A DNA stretch of 40,672 bases from Octopus bimaculoides (GCF_001194135.2 NC_068991.1:19964757-20005428), one strand, 5' to 3'. Shown: positions 1-12,739, counted from the stretch's first letter. The notes: a model not told the origin generated them from the letters alone. Made by a program: numbers and translations.

Positions 1-247
1 GCAAACCCTGCTGTACTCTTTCACCATAACTTTCTCTCACTCTTACTTCCTGTTTCTGTAGTGCCTGTAATTCAAAGGGTCAGCCTCGTCACACTGTGTC
101 ACGCTGAATATCCCCGAGAACTACGTCAAGGGTACACGTGTCTGTGGAGTGTTCAGCGACTTGCACGTTAATTTCACGAGCAGACTGTTCCGTTGATCGG
201 ACCAACTGGAACCCTCGACGTCGTAAGCGACGGAGTGCCAACAACAA
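1..247 (+). mobile_element. tRNA-derived SINE, family A (3' portion; head lies before the window start)
   Basis: About 92% identical (about 19 substitutions in 247 nt by eye) to the reverse complement of the copy at 941-1329. Ends in a CGTCG-TAAG-CGACG hairpin and a (CAA)n tail. Confidence 0.9.
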
Positions 248-301
248 TTATTTTCATGCAACATTAATTTTAGAAATGTTTCTCCGGTGCAGCATAATAA
301 G

Positions 302-368
302 TGAAGTTTGCTTCCCAACCACATGTTTCCGGGTTCAATCCCACCGCATGTTGGGAAAGTGTCTTCTC
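302..368 (+). mobile_element. SINE family B head fragment (degenerate)
   Basis: GAAGTTTGCTTCCCAACCACATGTTTCCGGGTTCAATCCCAC...AAGTGTCTTCT matches the heads of the copies at 14797 and 25339; includes a B-box-like GGTTCAATCC. Confidence 0.75.
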
Positions 369-735
369 AGTCGAATTTGTAAAGTGTTCTATATAAAATA
401 AATTTGAGGTATTTTTGTCTTATTTTGGACATTGTTGTTATCGCAAATTTCAAACGCTATTATTACTGAACTTGGAATATACATTGAAATCTTGGAATAT
501 ACTTTTCTGTTAAATTACTTACAACTTCCCGTTGATGTAACGCAATGAATTCAAGCAGTTGTTGGAATCGTGGTGGTGGGCGAAGCTGCCCAAGTAACTG
601 AAGCTTTCACAGTCTGTTTTGTAACATACATGTGCACCGGGCCTGAAGGATGAGGAAAACTTCGGGAACCAAGATTTCCAATACACTGTTTGGATATATA
701 CGTTTGTGTGAAAAACCTATAACTACATTCTAATA

Positions 736-1489
736 CAATAGTTCTCGACTATATTTTATCTGTGGACTTCTTTCATATTTTATTCTGGTGGACCCCATAG
801 CCATTCGATGCTTAAAAACTAAATTTATAGATACTTCTTTCAAAATGCCTTTGTTTTACACACATTAATTTGTGTATGTTTGCACAAACATTTGCTGAAA
901 GAGATATATTTCAGTGGTCAGAAGCATTTTAAGCTCTGTAATGTTGCTGTTGGCACTCCGTCGCTTACGACGTCGAGGATTCCAGTTGATCCGATCAACG
1001 GAACAGCCTGCTCATGAAATGAACGTGCAAGTGGATGAGCACTCCACAGACATGTGTACCCTTAACGTAGTTCTCGGGGATATTCAGCGTGACACAGTGT
1101 GACAAGGCTGACCATTTGAATTACAGGTACAACAGGAACAGGAAGAAAGAGTGAGAGAAAGTTGTGGTGAAAGAGTACAGCAGGGTTCGCCACCATCCCC
1201 TGCCGGAGCCTCGTGGAGCGTTAGGTGTTTTCGCTCAATAAACACTTACAACGCCCGGTCTGGGAATCGAAACCGCTATCCTATGACCGCGTGTCCGCTG
1301 CCCTAACCACTGGGCCATTGCGCCTCTACTAAGCCCTGTATAAGTTTACAATAACCTTACCGTTTCTGGCAATAAGCACATCTTAATCAAAATTTTCATG
1401 GACCCTTAAAATACTGCTTTGGATGCTCAGTTTACTATTCTGCTTATATAGACTCTTAGAGGTCATATGGATGCGGCTGAGAACCTATG
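736..1489. mobile_element. Non-autonomous hAT (Charlie-like) DNA transposon, interrupted by a SINE A insertion
   Basis: Ends CAATAGTTCTC and GAGAACCTATG resemble the Charlie-type TIR CAGTGGTTCTCAA. 8-bp flanking duplication TTCTAATA (728-735) / TTCTAACA (1490-1497) is typical of hAT and close to the NTCTAGAN target. Subterminal GGACCC motifs. Confidence 0.7.
941..1329 (-). mobile_element. Full-length tRNA-derived SINE, family A
   Basis: Minus-strand head GAGGCGCAATGGCCCAGTGGTTAGGG (A box) and GGTTTCGATTCC (B box), body shared with two other copies, 3' hairpin plus CAA tail. 11-bp TSD TAAGCTCTGTA (930-940) / TAAGCCCTGTA (1330-1340). Confidence 0.93.
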
Positions 1490-2004
1490 TTCTAACAGAT
1501 ATAGTTAACGGTTTGCGCAACACATTTTAGAAATCGTGTAGTCATCACTCATCCTATATAACGTGGGGAAAAAATTAAACGCAAGCAAGATAAAAATAAG
1601 GGGATTATTGAGAAAGTGGCTGGTGTTATTGTTGTACCACCCAAAACACAAAACGAAACATAAAAGAAAAGACATTACGATACAGTGAGCAAACGGCGAA
1701 ATAACATAGTAACTAGATATTGTACTGATAGCGATAGTCTAATTAATTAACTGTTATCTTCTGTAGTAATTAACTTATGGAACTGGAACAGGTAAAAGTA
1801 ATCAATTATGAAAGTTATGAAGCTGATACCCATTTATGTATGACAGGCAGACATATTTGTTGTTCTTGGTGTTGTTGCTTTTATTGTATGGGCGTGGTAT
1901 AATTGTAAATATGAAATCATTCGATGAAAAGTCGTTTCCTTGAAGAATTGATCGATGAAGAAGAGCGGCGCACACTCAAACACACGCACACGCATTCACA
2001 CATG

Positions 2005-2040
<36 letters not shown>

Positions 2041-2410
2041 AGATCAAAGTGTACGTACGCCGCTATATTTTTTATATATAAAAAATACAAAAATGGGACA
2101 AGAACGCAAAACATCCAGACAGACGATACAAAGAAAACAAGGACGGGTCATTCGGAGTTTTCTTTCCTCAGTCGAGTTCCAGATTATCTTTGCAATTTCG
2201 GGTGGTTATACTCGAGATTGCTCCAATCTGGCCAGCCCCAATGAAAAACTAAGTAAAGAACATTAGATTCCTTGGAAGAAAGTAGCGAATGTATACGAAA
2301 ACAGACAGAAAGAAATGGAGAAACGGTACACAAACACGAATAACAGGACATTAACAACGGGTATCTTTCGACTAAGGACGAATTAAATTAAGCTGGCGTT
2401 ATACATATAT

Positions 2411-2680
2411 AATAACGATGTACAGGCCTTAATCCATTACGGCTATTTCAAGCGGCTCCATTTAATTGATTAATGAAACCATTACAACAATTTGACCGCA
2501 TACACTTCAAACATGAAAGATAAACCATTTTGTGAAAAGACGGCTTTTCCTTTATGTCTGAAGTCTATATATTCATCTGATGAGAACGGTTTCTTTCAAA
2601 TTTATGTAATGTTTTCATTATTGAATTAAATGAAGCCGTTTGAAACGGCCGTAATGAATTGACTCCTGTACATCTTTGTT
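2411..2680. mobile_element. Palindromic fold-back / MITE-like element (old)
   Basis: 2411-2486 and 2605-2680 are imperfect inverted repeats of about 76 bp, roughly 80% identical (GATGTACAGG...CATTACGGC...CATTTAATT...CATTACA). The interior is also partly self-complementary. Confidence 0.7.
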
Positions 2681-2892
2681 AATAATTTATATTCTATTCA
2701 CCCAAATTGGAATCTGCACTTCTGGAACTGCAAAAATCCGTGAAACTTTCCAGAAGTTTATCAGTTAAGTATATATGAGCATGTCTAGATATGCAACTAT
2801 ATGCATGACAATACATACATAAAACAAATCATACAAAACTGTACATATACATACATACATGCATACATACATACATAGAAACAAAAATGCCC

Positions 2893-3095
2893 TGTTGTTG
2901 GTGTTGAAATTGCTATGAAGGACCATTGGATCTAGGTTAGAAACCGGCTCTTTCTCTATTGGCAAAGACATCTTGAAACAGAACTGAATAACAACATACA
3001 TACGTACTCTGTTAATGTTGAAATTCCAATGAAGTAGCCTTGGCTATAGGTTAGAAACCGGCTCTTTTTCTACTGGCAAGAAATCTTGAAATAAA
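2893..3095. repeat. Tandem dimer of a ~90-115 bp unit
   Basis: GTTGAAATT...AGGTTAGAAACCGGCTCTTT...GGCAA...ATCTTGAAA occurs at 2903 and 3017 (period 114 bp). Confidence 0.85.
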
Positions 3096-3454
3096 ACATA
3101 GACATGTCACCTGATTACCTTATGGACCAGATTGTCGGATGTTGCTATACATCGCTCGTCACAGTGCGCTTTGCATCGTTTTAGCTTTCGGGTGATGCTA
3201 CTCCGCTGGCTTCGTGAGCAGACCAATATACATGCATACATACGAAGCTTCCATGTTGTTACGTTGTATTTCTCTCCCGCCTTTATATATTAAGCTTTCA
3301 CGTTTACGTTTATGCAAATATCTTCAAGCCGTTGTCTTCGTAGTACATATGGTTGCCTAGCAACCGTCATTGACAAAACCACAGCCACCGACTTTCACCT
3401 TCATTACAAAACGCCAGCACTCTCATCGCATCAACTATCACCAGCAACATCGAT

Positions 3455-3587
3455 TGGTATTATCAATCTTCATCATTATCATCGTCATCATCGTCATCAT
3501 CATCGTCGTCGTCGTTGTTGTCGTCGGCGTAGTCACCACCATCGTCATCGTAATCTTTCATCATCATTTCCATTTTCACCGTCGCCG

Positions 3588-3618
<31 letters not shown>

Positions 3619-3687
3619 TATTGTCGTCGTTGTCATAATCATCATCATCATCAATGTCGTCGGCGTCGCCGTCGTTATCATCATCAT

Positions 3688-3723
<36 letters not shown>

Positions 3724-4269
3724 TATCGTCGTCGTCGTTATCATCATCATCATAATCATCATCATCATCATTATCGTCGTCGTCGTTATCATCATCATCA
3801 TCATCATCATCATCATCNNNNNNNNNNNNNNNNNNNNNNNNNNNNNNNNNNNNNNNNNNNNNNNNNNNNNNNNNNNNNNNNNNNNNNNNNNNNNNNNNNN
3901 NNNNNNNNNNNNNNNNNNNNNNNNNNNNNNNNNNNNNNNNNNNNNNNNNNNNNNNNNGTCGTCGTCGTTATCATCATCATCATCATCATTGTAGTCGTCG
4001 TTGTCATCATCAACCTCATCATCATCATCACCATCATCATCGTCATCATTGTCGTTGTCTTCATCATCATAATCATCATCATCATCAACATCATCATCAT
4101 CATCATCATCATCGTCATCATCATCAACATCATCATCATCATCAACATCGTCATCATCATCCTCATTTACATCAAGGTCATTACTATTGTCGTCATTCTC
4201 CTCCTCATCATCATCCTCATCGTTGTTGTCGTCGTCGTTGTCATCATTTTTGCCAGTCTCGTGGTCATG

Positions 4270-4308
<39 letters not shown>

Positions 4309-4345
4309 GTCATCATCGTCATCATCATCATCATCATCATCATCT
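3455..4345. repeat. Compound (CAT)n/(CGT)n triplet microsatellite spanning a gap
   Basis: Direct reading; includes a 48-bp higher-order unit at 3724 and 3772. Confidence 0.97.
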
Positions 4346-4787
4346 GCAGCAGCAGCAACCGCAACAGGGACACCTACATTACCTTGAATAACCTCAAGCA
4401 CCACAGTTAAATCACAGCCATCAATCCTTTTCGCTTCCATTAATTACCACTGCAATACATTACGTATATCGCCCATCCGGATGACGATCTGGGGCTCAAC
4501 TGTCTCTTGCTGAAAACACGTAACGTGGGCTACCGCCGGCAACGGGAAGGACCGGGATCATAAACTTGACATTGAGGTTTGAAAGCGTAGTGATGTGATT
4601 AAAGATTGCACATCATTTAGTGGTCGCTCTCAACAGATATTTATGGCATTATACGTTCTGTAGGCCAATGTGAGTAAGTTGAAGAGTGGCAGTTTTCTGG
4701 TGCATCGTGCACCAAACCCTCAACCCATATAATCTGAGAAGCAGACGACAATGGGCAGACATAAAATAGTTCTTGGTATTATGAATA

Positions 4788-5361
4788 TGTTGTTGTTGTT
4801 GGCACTCCGTCGCTTACGACGTCGAGGGTTTCAATTGATCCGATCAACAGAACAGCATGCTCGTGAAATTAACGTGCAAGTGGCTGAGCACTCCACAGAC
4901 ACGTGTACCCTTAACGTAGTTCTCGGGGTTATTCAGCGTGACACAGTGTTACAAAGCTGACCCTTTGAATTACAGGCACAACAGAAACAGGAAGTAAGAG
5001 TGAGAGAAAGTTGTGCTGAAAGAGTACAGCAGGGTTCGCCACCATCCCCTACCGGAGCCTCGTGGAGCTTTAGNNNNNNNNNNACGTGTACCCTTAACGT
5101 AGTTCTCGGGGTTATTCAGCGTGACACAGTGTTACAAAGCTGACCCTTTGAATTACAGGCACAACAGAAACAGGAAGTAAGAGTGAGAGAAAGTTGTGCT
5201 GAAAGAGTACAGCAGGGTTCGCCACCATCCCCTACCGGAGCCTCGTGGAGCTTTAGGTGTTTTCGCTTAATAAACACTCACAACGCCCGGTCTGGGAATC
5301 GAAACCGCGATCCTATGACCGCGAGTCCGCTGCCCTAACCACTGGGCCATTGCGCCTCCAC
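4788..5361 (-). mobile_element. Full-length SINE A with a perfect 14-bp TSD (internal 173-bp duplication is an assembly overlap)
   Basis: A/B boxes, family A body, (CAA)n tail. TGGTATTATGAATA at 4774-4787 and 5362-5375. 4901-5073 is repeated exactly at 5084-5256 across a 10-N gap. Confidence 0.95.
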
Positions 5362-5449
5362 TGGTATTATGAATAAATCCGTGGATAACACACTCCTTCT
5401 TTTATTTTGTTTGTCCTTACCTCTTGTTGCACTCTTTCTGTCCATCTCC

Positions 5450-6000
5450 ACACTCTTTTTCTCTCAGTCTCTTACATTCACTCTCGTTCGTTCTCTCTCT
5501 CTCTCCTGTTTTTTTCATGCTCTCCCTCTATTTCTCTCTCTCTTCTCTCTCTCTTCTCTCTCTTCTCTCGCTTCCTCTCTCTCTTCTCTCGCTTCCTCTT
5601 TCTCTTCTTCTCTTTCCTTCTCTTCCTTCTTCCAACTCTCTACACTCCCCATCTGTCTCTCCCCCTTTTTTGTCTGTCTGTATGTCTCTCTTTCTCTCTC
5701 TCCCTCTCTCTCTGGATTGAAATTCATTCTATAATTACAAGTATATGTTTTACATTTCTCCACTTATGTGCGCGCATGTATATGTGCACGTGTAGTATGT
5801 GTATATGTGTGTAAGAGTCTACGTATAGGAGAGTGAGAGAGAGAATGAGAACAAGAGACAAAGACAGACACAGACAGACAGAGACACAGACAGACAGAGA
5901 CGCAGACAGACGGAGACACAGACAGACAGAGACACAGACAGACAGAGACACAGATAGACAGAGACACAGACAGACAGAGACACAGACATACTGAGAGAGG
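5450..6000. repeat. Degenerate (CT)n tract followed by a (GA)/(GACA)n compound microsatellite
   Basis: Direct reading. Confidence 0.92.
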
Positions 6001-6388
6001 CATTTAATGAATGTTTAGAAATAAGATTTCCGGAAAATAAGATAGACAATCCAGAAATTTTGTTAGATACTTCCACCAAAAGATGAAAAGTATTTTTTTA
6101 CAACATGAAATAAAATACAAGAGGAAAAAGAGAAGCGGAAGAAAGGAAAATAAAAAACATCATGAGATTTAGCGGAATTATCCGTGATAACGCGAGATAA
6201 CTTCTGATGTGCTTTTAATTGATGTTTTGAAGTCTCTTACATAACAATATAGCTAATATCAACTGTTGGACAGTTGTCCAAATGTACATGAATTAATGTT
6301 CGCATTTACACACACACACATATATATATATATGCATGTGTGTGTATATATATATATGTATATATATATTATATCATATTATATTATA

Positions 6389-6600
6389 CAGGGTGTCCAC
6401 AAAGTCTGGGTACTTGGATTAACTAAAATCATGACATAAACAATCAAATATAAGAAATAATAATTTCTTAAAGTATGTGTTAATCTCCATGTGGGTACAT
6501 GGGGTAAATAAGATCATGACAGAACCAATTAAATATAAGAAATAATAATTTCTTAACGTATGTGTTAATCCTCGTGTATCCAGACTTTGTGGACACCCTG
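6389..6600. mobile_element. Tc1/mariner-superfamily MITE (212 bp)
   Basis: 25-bp TIRs CAGGGTGTCCACAAAGTCTGG(G/A)TAC with 1 mismatch, flanked by TA at 6387-6388 and 6601-6602. Internal ~85-bp tandem duplication. Confidence 0.93.
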
Positions 6601-6835
6601 TATATTACATGATATAATTACATTGTTTTATTATATATGCAGGTATTTATATATTTCTGTATATATTTATTTACTTATGTATATAAACACACAAACTTAC
6701 ATTCATACAATATACACACATATTTCTATACCCTTAAAAGAAAGATTATATATATCGCACGCGTATGTGAAATATTTTGCATAAGTATGCTATTATATAT
6801 ACACTCGCAAATGATTACGTATTTCATACATATTC

Positions 6836-6839
<4 letters not shown>

Positions 6840-6895
<56 letters not shown>

Positions 6896-7150
6896 GTGTA
6901 TGCATGCATGCAAACATGTATGTATGTATTCGTATGTGTGTATATAAGAATGCATACACACAAACACACACACATATTTGCATACATATTTACTGATACG
7001 CACTCATGCCTACCTACCTACATACAAGCATACATACATACATACATACATACATACATGCATGCATGCATGCATACATACATACATACATACATACATA
7101 CATACAAACAAACATTTATACATATATACATACATATACACACACGCACT
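6840..7150. repeat. (TG)n and (TACA)n microsatellites
   Basis: Direct reading. Confidence 0.93.
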
Positions 7151-7296
7151 CAAGCACATACACTCATACACATGCACAAAAACACATGCGCGTATCCGTG
7201 AGCACTTCATTATGTATTGACCGGTGTGTGAGTTTGTGACGGATGTGACCTCTACTTCTAACAAGTCAAGTGAAATATTGACTTTCACGTTTTGTG

Positions 7297-7499
<203 letters not shown>

Positions 7500-7554
7500 A
7501 GTGACTCGGGCTGTTAATGAAGTACATCATCGGCTTGTTAGCACACATATACAG

Positions 7555-7698
7555 ACATATTCCCCTCTCAGATTCACTCACTTATTGCAGAGGTCCTTCA
7601 GTTTTTCTAAGCCCTGTAAAAGAACTCGGAATGTTGGGCCTCCAACCAAGCCTTTCACGACATCCCTAATGTGAGGAACTTTCCAGGACCCCCTCGTA
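7555..7698 (-). mobile_element. Internally deleted mariner relic: one TIR plus the transposase C-terminus
   Basis: Minus strand starts TA-CGAGGGGGTCCTGGAAAGTT (mariner-like TIR). 7619-7556 translates LQGLEKLKDLCNK*VNLRGEYV, like mariner C-termini (GIEKLxxRWxKCIxLxGEYF). The second TIR is absent. Confidence 0.75.
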
Positions 7699-7844
7699 TG
7701 TATCCCAACCAACGTCCTTATCTCAGACCAGTTTCAGTGGATTTGTGTCAATGACTAGGTTGCAGTTAGTGCGACAAACATCTTCACGCCAAATAATAAA
7801 ATCATTAAGTCAAGCTCACAGCTTTTGTATTTTTAGCAAATCAA

Positions 7845-8228
7845 TCACTGTAGTACAGTATGCCTCACTACACTACACTGCAGTGTACTAAACCACGCTT
7901 CACAACACTTCATTATAGCGCAATAGGCTACAATACACCACATCACATATATACTACACTACAGTTATATTCTAACACGATACTATACATTGTAGTGTAC
8001 ACTTTTATACTCCACTATCCCACTTTCCTACACTTTACACTGCACTGCGGTAGACTAAACTTTACTGAAGTACTCCATTGTGCACTGCACCGCTGTATAC
8101 TTTACAGTTCCAATTTACATTGCAGTGTATATTACCAAACTTTTCTACACTAATCTCATACACTTCACAACACTTCACTGCAGTATACTACACGAACATG
8201 ATCTTATATTGTATGCTGTACACTACGT
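7845..8228. repeat. Highly degenerate 5-bp-period (ACTAC/ACTGC-like) array
   Basis: Recurring CACTA/TACAC/CACTG words at about 5-bp spacing over about 380 bp. Confidence 0.75.
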
Positions 8229-10322
8229 ATCAGGGAAGAAGGGGTAGATTTTCTCAAATGGAGCATCATTGAAAATTGGGTGTGAAGGAAGAAGACATAT
8301 GGCGTGGAAGACAATTTCTTCACGGCGTTAGTCGTTTGTCTTTAATCAGCCTCAAAAATAAATCTTTAATCATAAAAGCAGCAGCTGATTTTTTTGATAA
8401 TTTTTGCTTACATTATTTCCTTGTATATATATATATATATATATATCTATTCTATTTCATCTTTTTTTTCTTCTTGTTATGTAAACACGATGTTATTCTA
8501 AATTTTGAGTATATTTAACAATGTTTAGTAATTTTCTTTGAAATTTTATACTTATTTCTTCAGTTTTTTTTTGTTTTTTTTCACCTAAGTTTATTGTCAT
8601 GATAGCCAAAACTATATTTTATGTACAATTTTATGTCAAGTGAGCTGTGAAAATTTTCAAGAGTAATAATTTTATTTTTATATTCAAAAACTATCGAATC
8701 TACAATATTTATACATCATATATTGAAACAGTAAGTAAATAGATAATAAATAAATAAATAACTAATAAATAAATAGTTAGATAATAAATAAATAATATTA
8801 CTACTATCTAGAGTATAAAACGCCATTTTGTTTTAGCATTTTGAATTGTCCATAACATTTTAAAGCTGAGAACCAACTAACTGTCAATATAAATGATTAT
8901 ATCAATACAAATTCTCAAGTAATAAATGCACCACTTCGTTTTATGATTAAAGACTTATGACTGAGGCTGTGAAACATGAGTCTTTCATGCTGCATATATT
9001 GTCTCCTCAAATGAAATACATATCCGTCGCTTTCGGGATCACATCTTGGGCGATTTAGTTTCGCCTAGCCCTGGGTCATATTGTGCTTTTTATCACCGTA
9101 CGGCTTTAAAGAGATTTTTTCCTGGACGAACGACCGCAGCTTATGGTGTTTAAACAACATTCATACTTTAAATATGTGGTATTGATTATGTTTTTATTAT
9201 AGAACAGCTTCTATTGCATCATTCAAATTTATTCTGCTTATGCATCACCCTTGTAAACCAGCAGATAGTTTATACTCAACCATTCTATACTTCAGAGTAT
9301 CAGATCTGATTTTGTTTCGGAAGCGACACGAATTCGCAACATTGATAAGCTGCAACTACGGCGAAATGCGTATCTGTCGCTCTCATGAACACTTCTGTAC
9401 CGATTTCATTTCACTACCTCTGAAGTATATTGTGTTTAAGATTTGGATCAAAGCTTCCGTATTGCAATCAGAAACAGGGTCAAAACAGTTGACGACCTCT
9501 CCAAAATTATGGAAACTAGAAAATACTGAAAATGTAAATGTAGAGAATATCAAAGAATCGGTCAGAAAGTATCTCGTCACAAATTTAAACTATGATTCTT
9601 TGATTACTTTTCAGAGATTCATTCACATAGTGTTAGTTGGGTTATGAGTCGCCTTTATCTGTAAAATTACTGATGTACTCCATGAACTGGAAGGGTTTGC
9701 AAAGTAATTTCTTCAACTTCACGTGCTTATGGAACTTCAGTAAAAAACATGTCACGCAGTGTTTTGAAGTCGAAAGCGGGAAAGGGTTTGAAAGTTGCAG
9801 AAGTGGAAGCGACAAAAGTACTGCAGCCGTCTGCAATAATCGAAGTTTCTGAAGAAAATGTTTGACTAATATGAATTCTTAAAACACTACAGAACGTGTT
9901 TGTAGGTTAAACATAGCACCCAAGATAATTTGACATTATAAAACCAACTTAGGACATTTTAGTAGCAAAAATGAACTAGAAATTTTATATACAAAAGAAG
10001 AATCATATCATACTGTCTTAGATATAGTGTATCCTGAGCAAAGAATAGGAAATGGCTACGGCTCGGGTGCATTTCATCATTTCATAATATATCTACCTGG
10101 CTTCGCCGGACATGCACGTTATTCAATGAAGCAGATAACACAGCCTTTATGAAGGCACACGGTCTGCTTAAAATAAGTGAATCTAGTGATTCTATAAAGA
10201 AAAACAGTCAAACGCCTTCTTAAAATGAAGCAGTATAGTCAACAAGTATCAACAATACTGCCGCAGTCACCATTTTTTTAATCTCTTGCCTGCTCGGCAG
10301 TCATCATATTGTGTGTGTGTGT

Positions 10323-10368
<46 letters not shown>

Positions 10369-11164
10369 NNNNNNNNNNNNNNNNNNNNNNNNNNNNNNNN
10401 NNNNNNNNNNNNNNNNNNNNNNNNNNNNNNNNNNNNNNNNNNNNNNNNNNNNNNNNNNNNNNNNNNNNNNNNNNNNNNNNNNNNNNNNNNNNNNNNNNNN
10501 NNNNNNNNNNNNNNNNNNNNNNNNNNNNNNNNNNNNNNNNNNNNNNNNNNNNNNNNNNNNNNNNNNNNNNNNNNNNNNNNNNNNNNNNNNNNNNNNNNNN
10601 NNNNNNNNNNNNNNNNNNNNNNNNNNNNNNNNNNNNNNNNNNNNNNNNNNNNNNNNNNNNNNNNNNNNNNNNNNNNNNNNNNNNNNNNNNNNNNNNNNNN
10701 NNNNNNNNNNNNNNNNNNNNNNNNNNNNNNNNNNNNNNNNNNNNNNNNNNNNNNNNNNNNNNNNNNNNNNNNNNNNNNNNNNNNNNNNNNNNNNNNNNNN
10801 NNNNNNNNNNNNNNNNNNNNNNNNNNNNNNNNNNNNNNNNNNNNNNNNNNNNNNNNNNNNNNNNNNNNNNNNNNNNNNNNNNNNNNNNNNNNNNNNNNNN
10901 NNNNNNNNNNNNNNNNNNNNNNNNNNNNNNNNNNNNNNNNNNNNNNNNNNNNNNNNNNNNNNNNNNNNNNNNNNNNNNNNNNNNNNNNNNNNNNNNNNNN
11001 NNNNNNNNNNNNNNNNNNNNNNNNNNNNNNNNNNNNNNNNNNNNATATATATATATATATATCAACACATACACACACACACAAATAGCCAGACATGCAT
11101 AAATGGAAGCATGTATTTTTGCATGTATAAAGCAAAAAGTAGACAATACGAAGAACGGACGGTG

Positions 11165-11166
11165 GA

Positions 11167-11214
<48 letters not shown>

Positions 11215-11379
11215 AACAAGGAAGGAAAGAAAGAGAGAAATGGTAACCAAAAGGTAAAAGATACAGAAGAAAAGAACCCATAAACTGAATACAATAATAG
11301 ACAAAGAATGATATAAGTGGATCAGCAACAAATGGATGACAAGTCGACAAATCATTGGAGGAAAATAATTCGTTAGTAA

Positions 11380-11470
<91 letters not shown>

Positions 11471-11475
11471 TGCGC
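11165..11475. repeat. (GAAA)n (11165-11215) and long (TG)n (11382-11470)
   Basis: Direct reading. Confidence 0.95.
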
Positions 11476-12612
11476 CTGTGTGTATGTCTATGTGTGTCAC
11501 AGTGTGTATGTAATGAGGCTATACGTTGTTGGTGTAGTGGTTGGTCTTGCTATTGTTGATACGTGACGAGATGACAAACAGAAAATTGCATCTGTCACGC
11601 ATGAATTCTTCTTAGGAAATGGAAATTAGGTGAATAGGAAAAATACAGCGACCGAGTACTAACAAGAAAAAAAAAGCAAAAACAATATTAAAAAAAAGGA
11701 AATTAAAAACAGAAGAAAAGCACAGAGAACAAGCAAGTCAGGTAGATAAGCAACCAGACAGCCAGGCAGGCAAGTAACATATTAAAATTGTAAGGTACTT
11801 TATATTTCATAAGTGGACAGGTAAGTTAGCTATCTATCTACCTATCCATATTTACGTATGTATGCATGTGTATGCATATACATAAGGCTTTCTGTGTATA
11901 GTATTACACATGAACACACACACACATGTATATCGATATACTTATACATACATATATATATATATATATNNNNNNNNNNNNNNNNNNNNNNNNNNNNNNN
12001 NNNNNNNNNNNNNNNNNNNNNNNNNNNNNNNNNNNNNNNNNNNNNNNNNNNNNNNNNNNNNNNNNNNNNNNNNNNNNNNNNNNNNNNNNNNNNNNNNNNN
12101 NNNNNNNNNNNNNNNNNNNNNNNNNNNNNNNNNNNNNNNNNNNNNNNNNNNNNNNNNNNNNNNNNNNNNNNNNNNNNNNNNNNNNNNNNNNNNNNNNNNN
12201 NNNNNNNNNNNNNNNNNNNNNNNNNNNNNNNNNNNNNNNNNNNNNNNNNNNNNNNNNNNNNNNNNNNNNNNNNNNNNNNNNNNNNNNNNNNNNNNNNNNN
12301 NNNNNNNNNNNNNNNNNNNNNNNNNNNNNNNNNNNNNNNNNNNNNNNNNNNNNNNNNNNNNNNNNNNNNNNNNNNNNNNNNNNNNNNNNNNNNNNNNNNN
12401 NNNNNNNNNNNNNNNNNNNNNNNNNNNNNNNNNNNNNNNNNNNNNNNNNNNNNNNNNNNNNNNNNNNNNNNNNNNNNNNNNNNNNNNNNNNNNNNNNNNN
12501 NNNNNNNNNNNNNNNNNNNNNNNNNNNNNNNNNNNNNNNNNNNNNNNNNNNNNNNNNNNNNNNNNNNTATATATATATATATATATAAGTATATATATAT
12601 GTATACATACAT

Positions 12613-12655
<43 letters not shown>

Positions 12656-12739
12656 TACTCATGTAAATTTATATATTGTTTTATATATATGTATATATTA
12701 ATATAAATGTGCATATATTGTATTATATTATATTAGGTA

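Noticed and set aside
914-1102. Near-identical small ORFs at 914-1102 and 4751-4960 suggesting a gene family
   Set aside because: Both are antisense readings of SINE A copies.
2040-2400. Probable interspersed repeat next to (TA)n, with a possible hammerhead (minus-strand CUGAGGA…CUCCGAAU…GUC at about 2140-2175)
   Set aside because: There is no second copy in the window to support a family call. Stem I does not pair, stem II is broken and GAAA is altered, so a ribozyme cannot be supported.
3120-3235. Possible 3' body of a further SINE subfamily
   Set aside because: Single occurrence with no head, boxes or TSD; recognition is from memory only.
3312-4440. Long His/Arg-rich and poly-Asp ORFs (similar ones at 17246-18865, 29252-29863, 32579-32990, 38979-39551)
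   Set aside because: They are translations of triplet microsatellites open in several frames on both strands, often through N-runs, with no splice or domain evidence.
4901-5256. Apparent 173-bp direct tandem duplication inside SINE A
   Set aside because: The copies are identical and separated by exactly 10 N, the signature of unmerged overlapping contig ends. One 14-bp TSD pair brackets a single element.
10278-12714. Overlapping 200-400 aa ORFs here and at 22092-23037, 29958-31045, 31632-32570 and 37421-38698
   Set aside because: They consist almost entirely of X from assembly gaps plus dinucleotide repeats.
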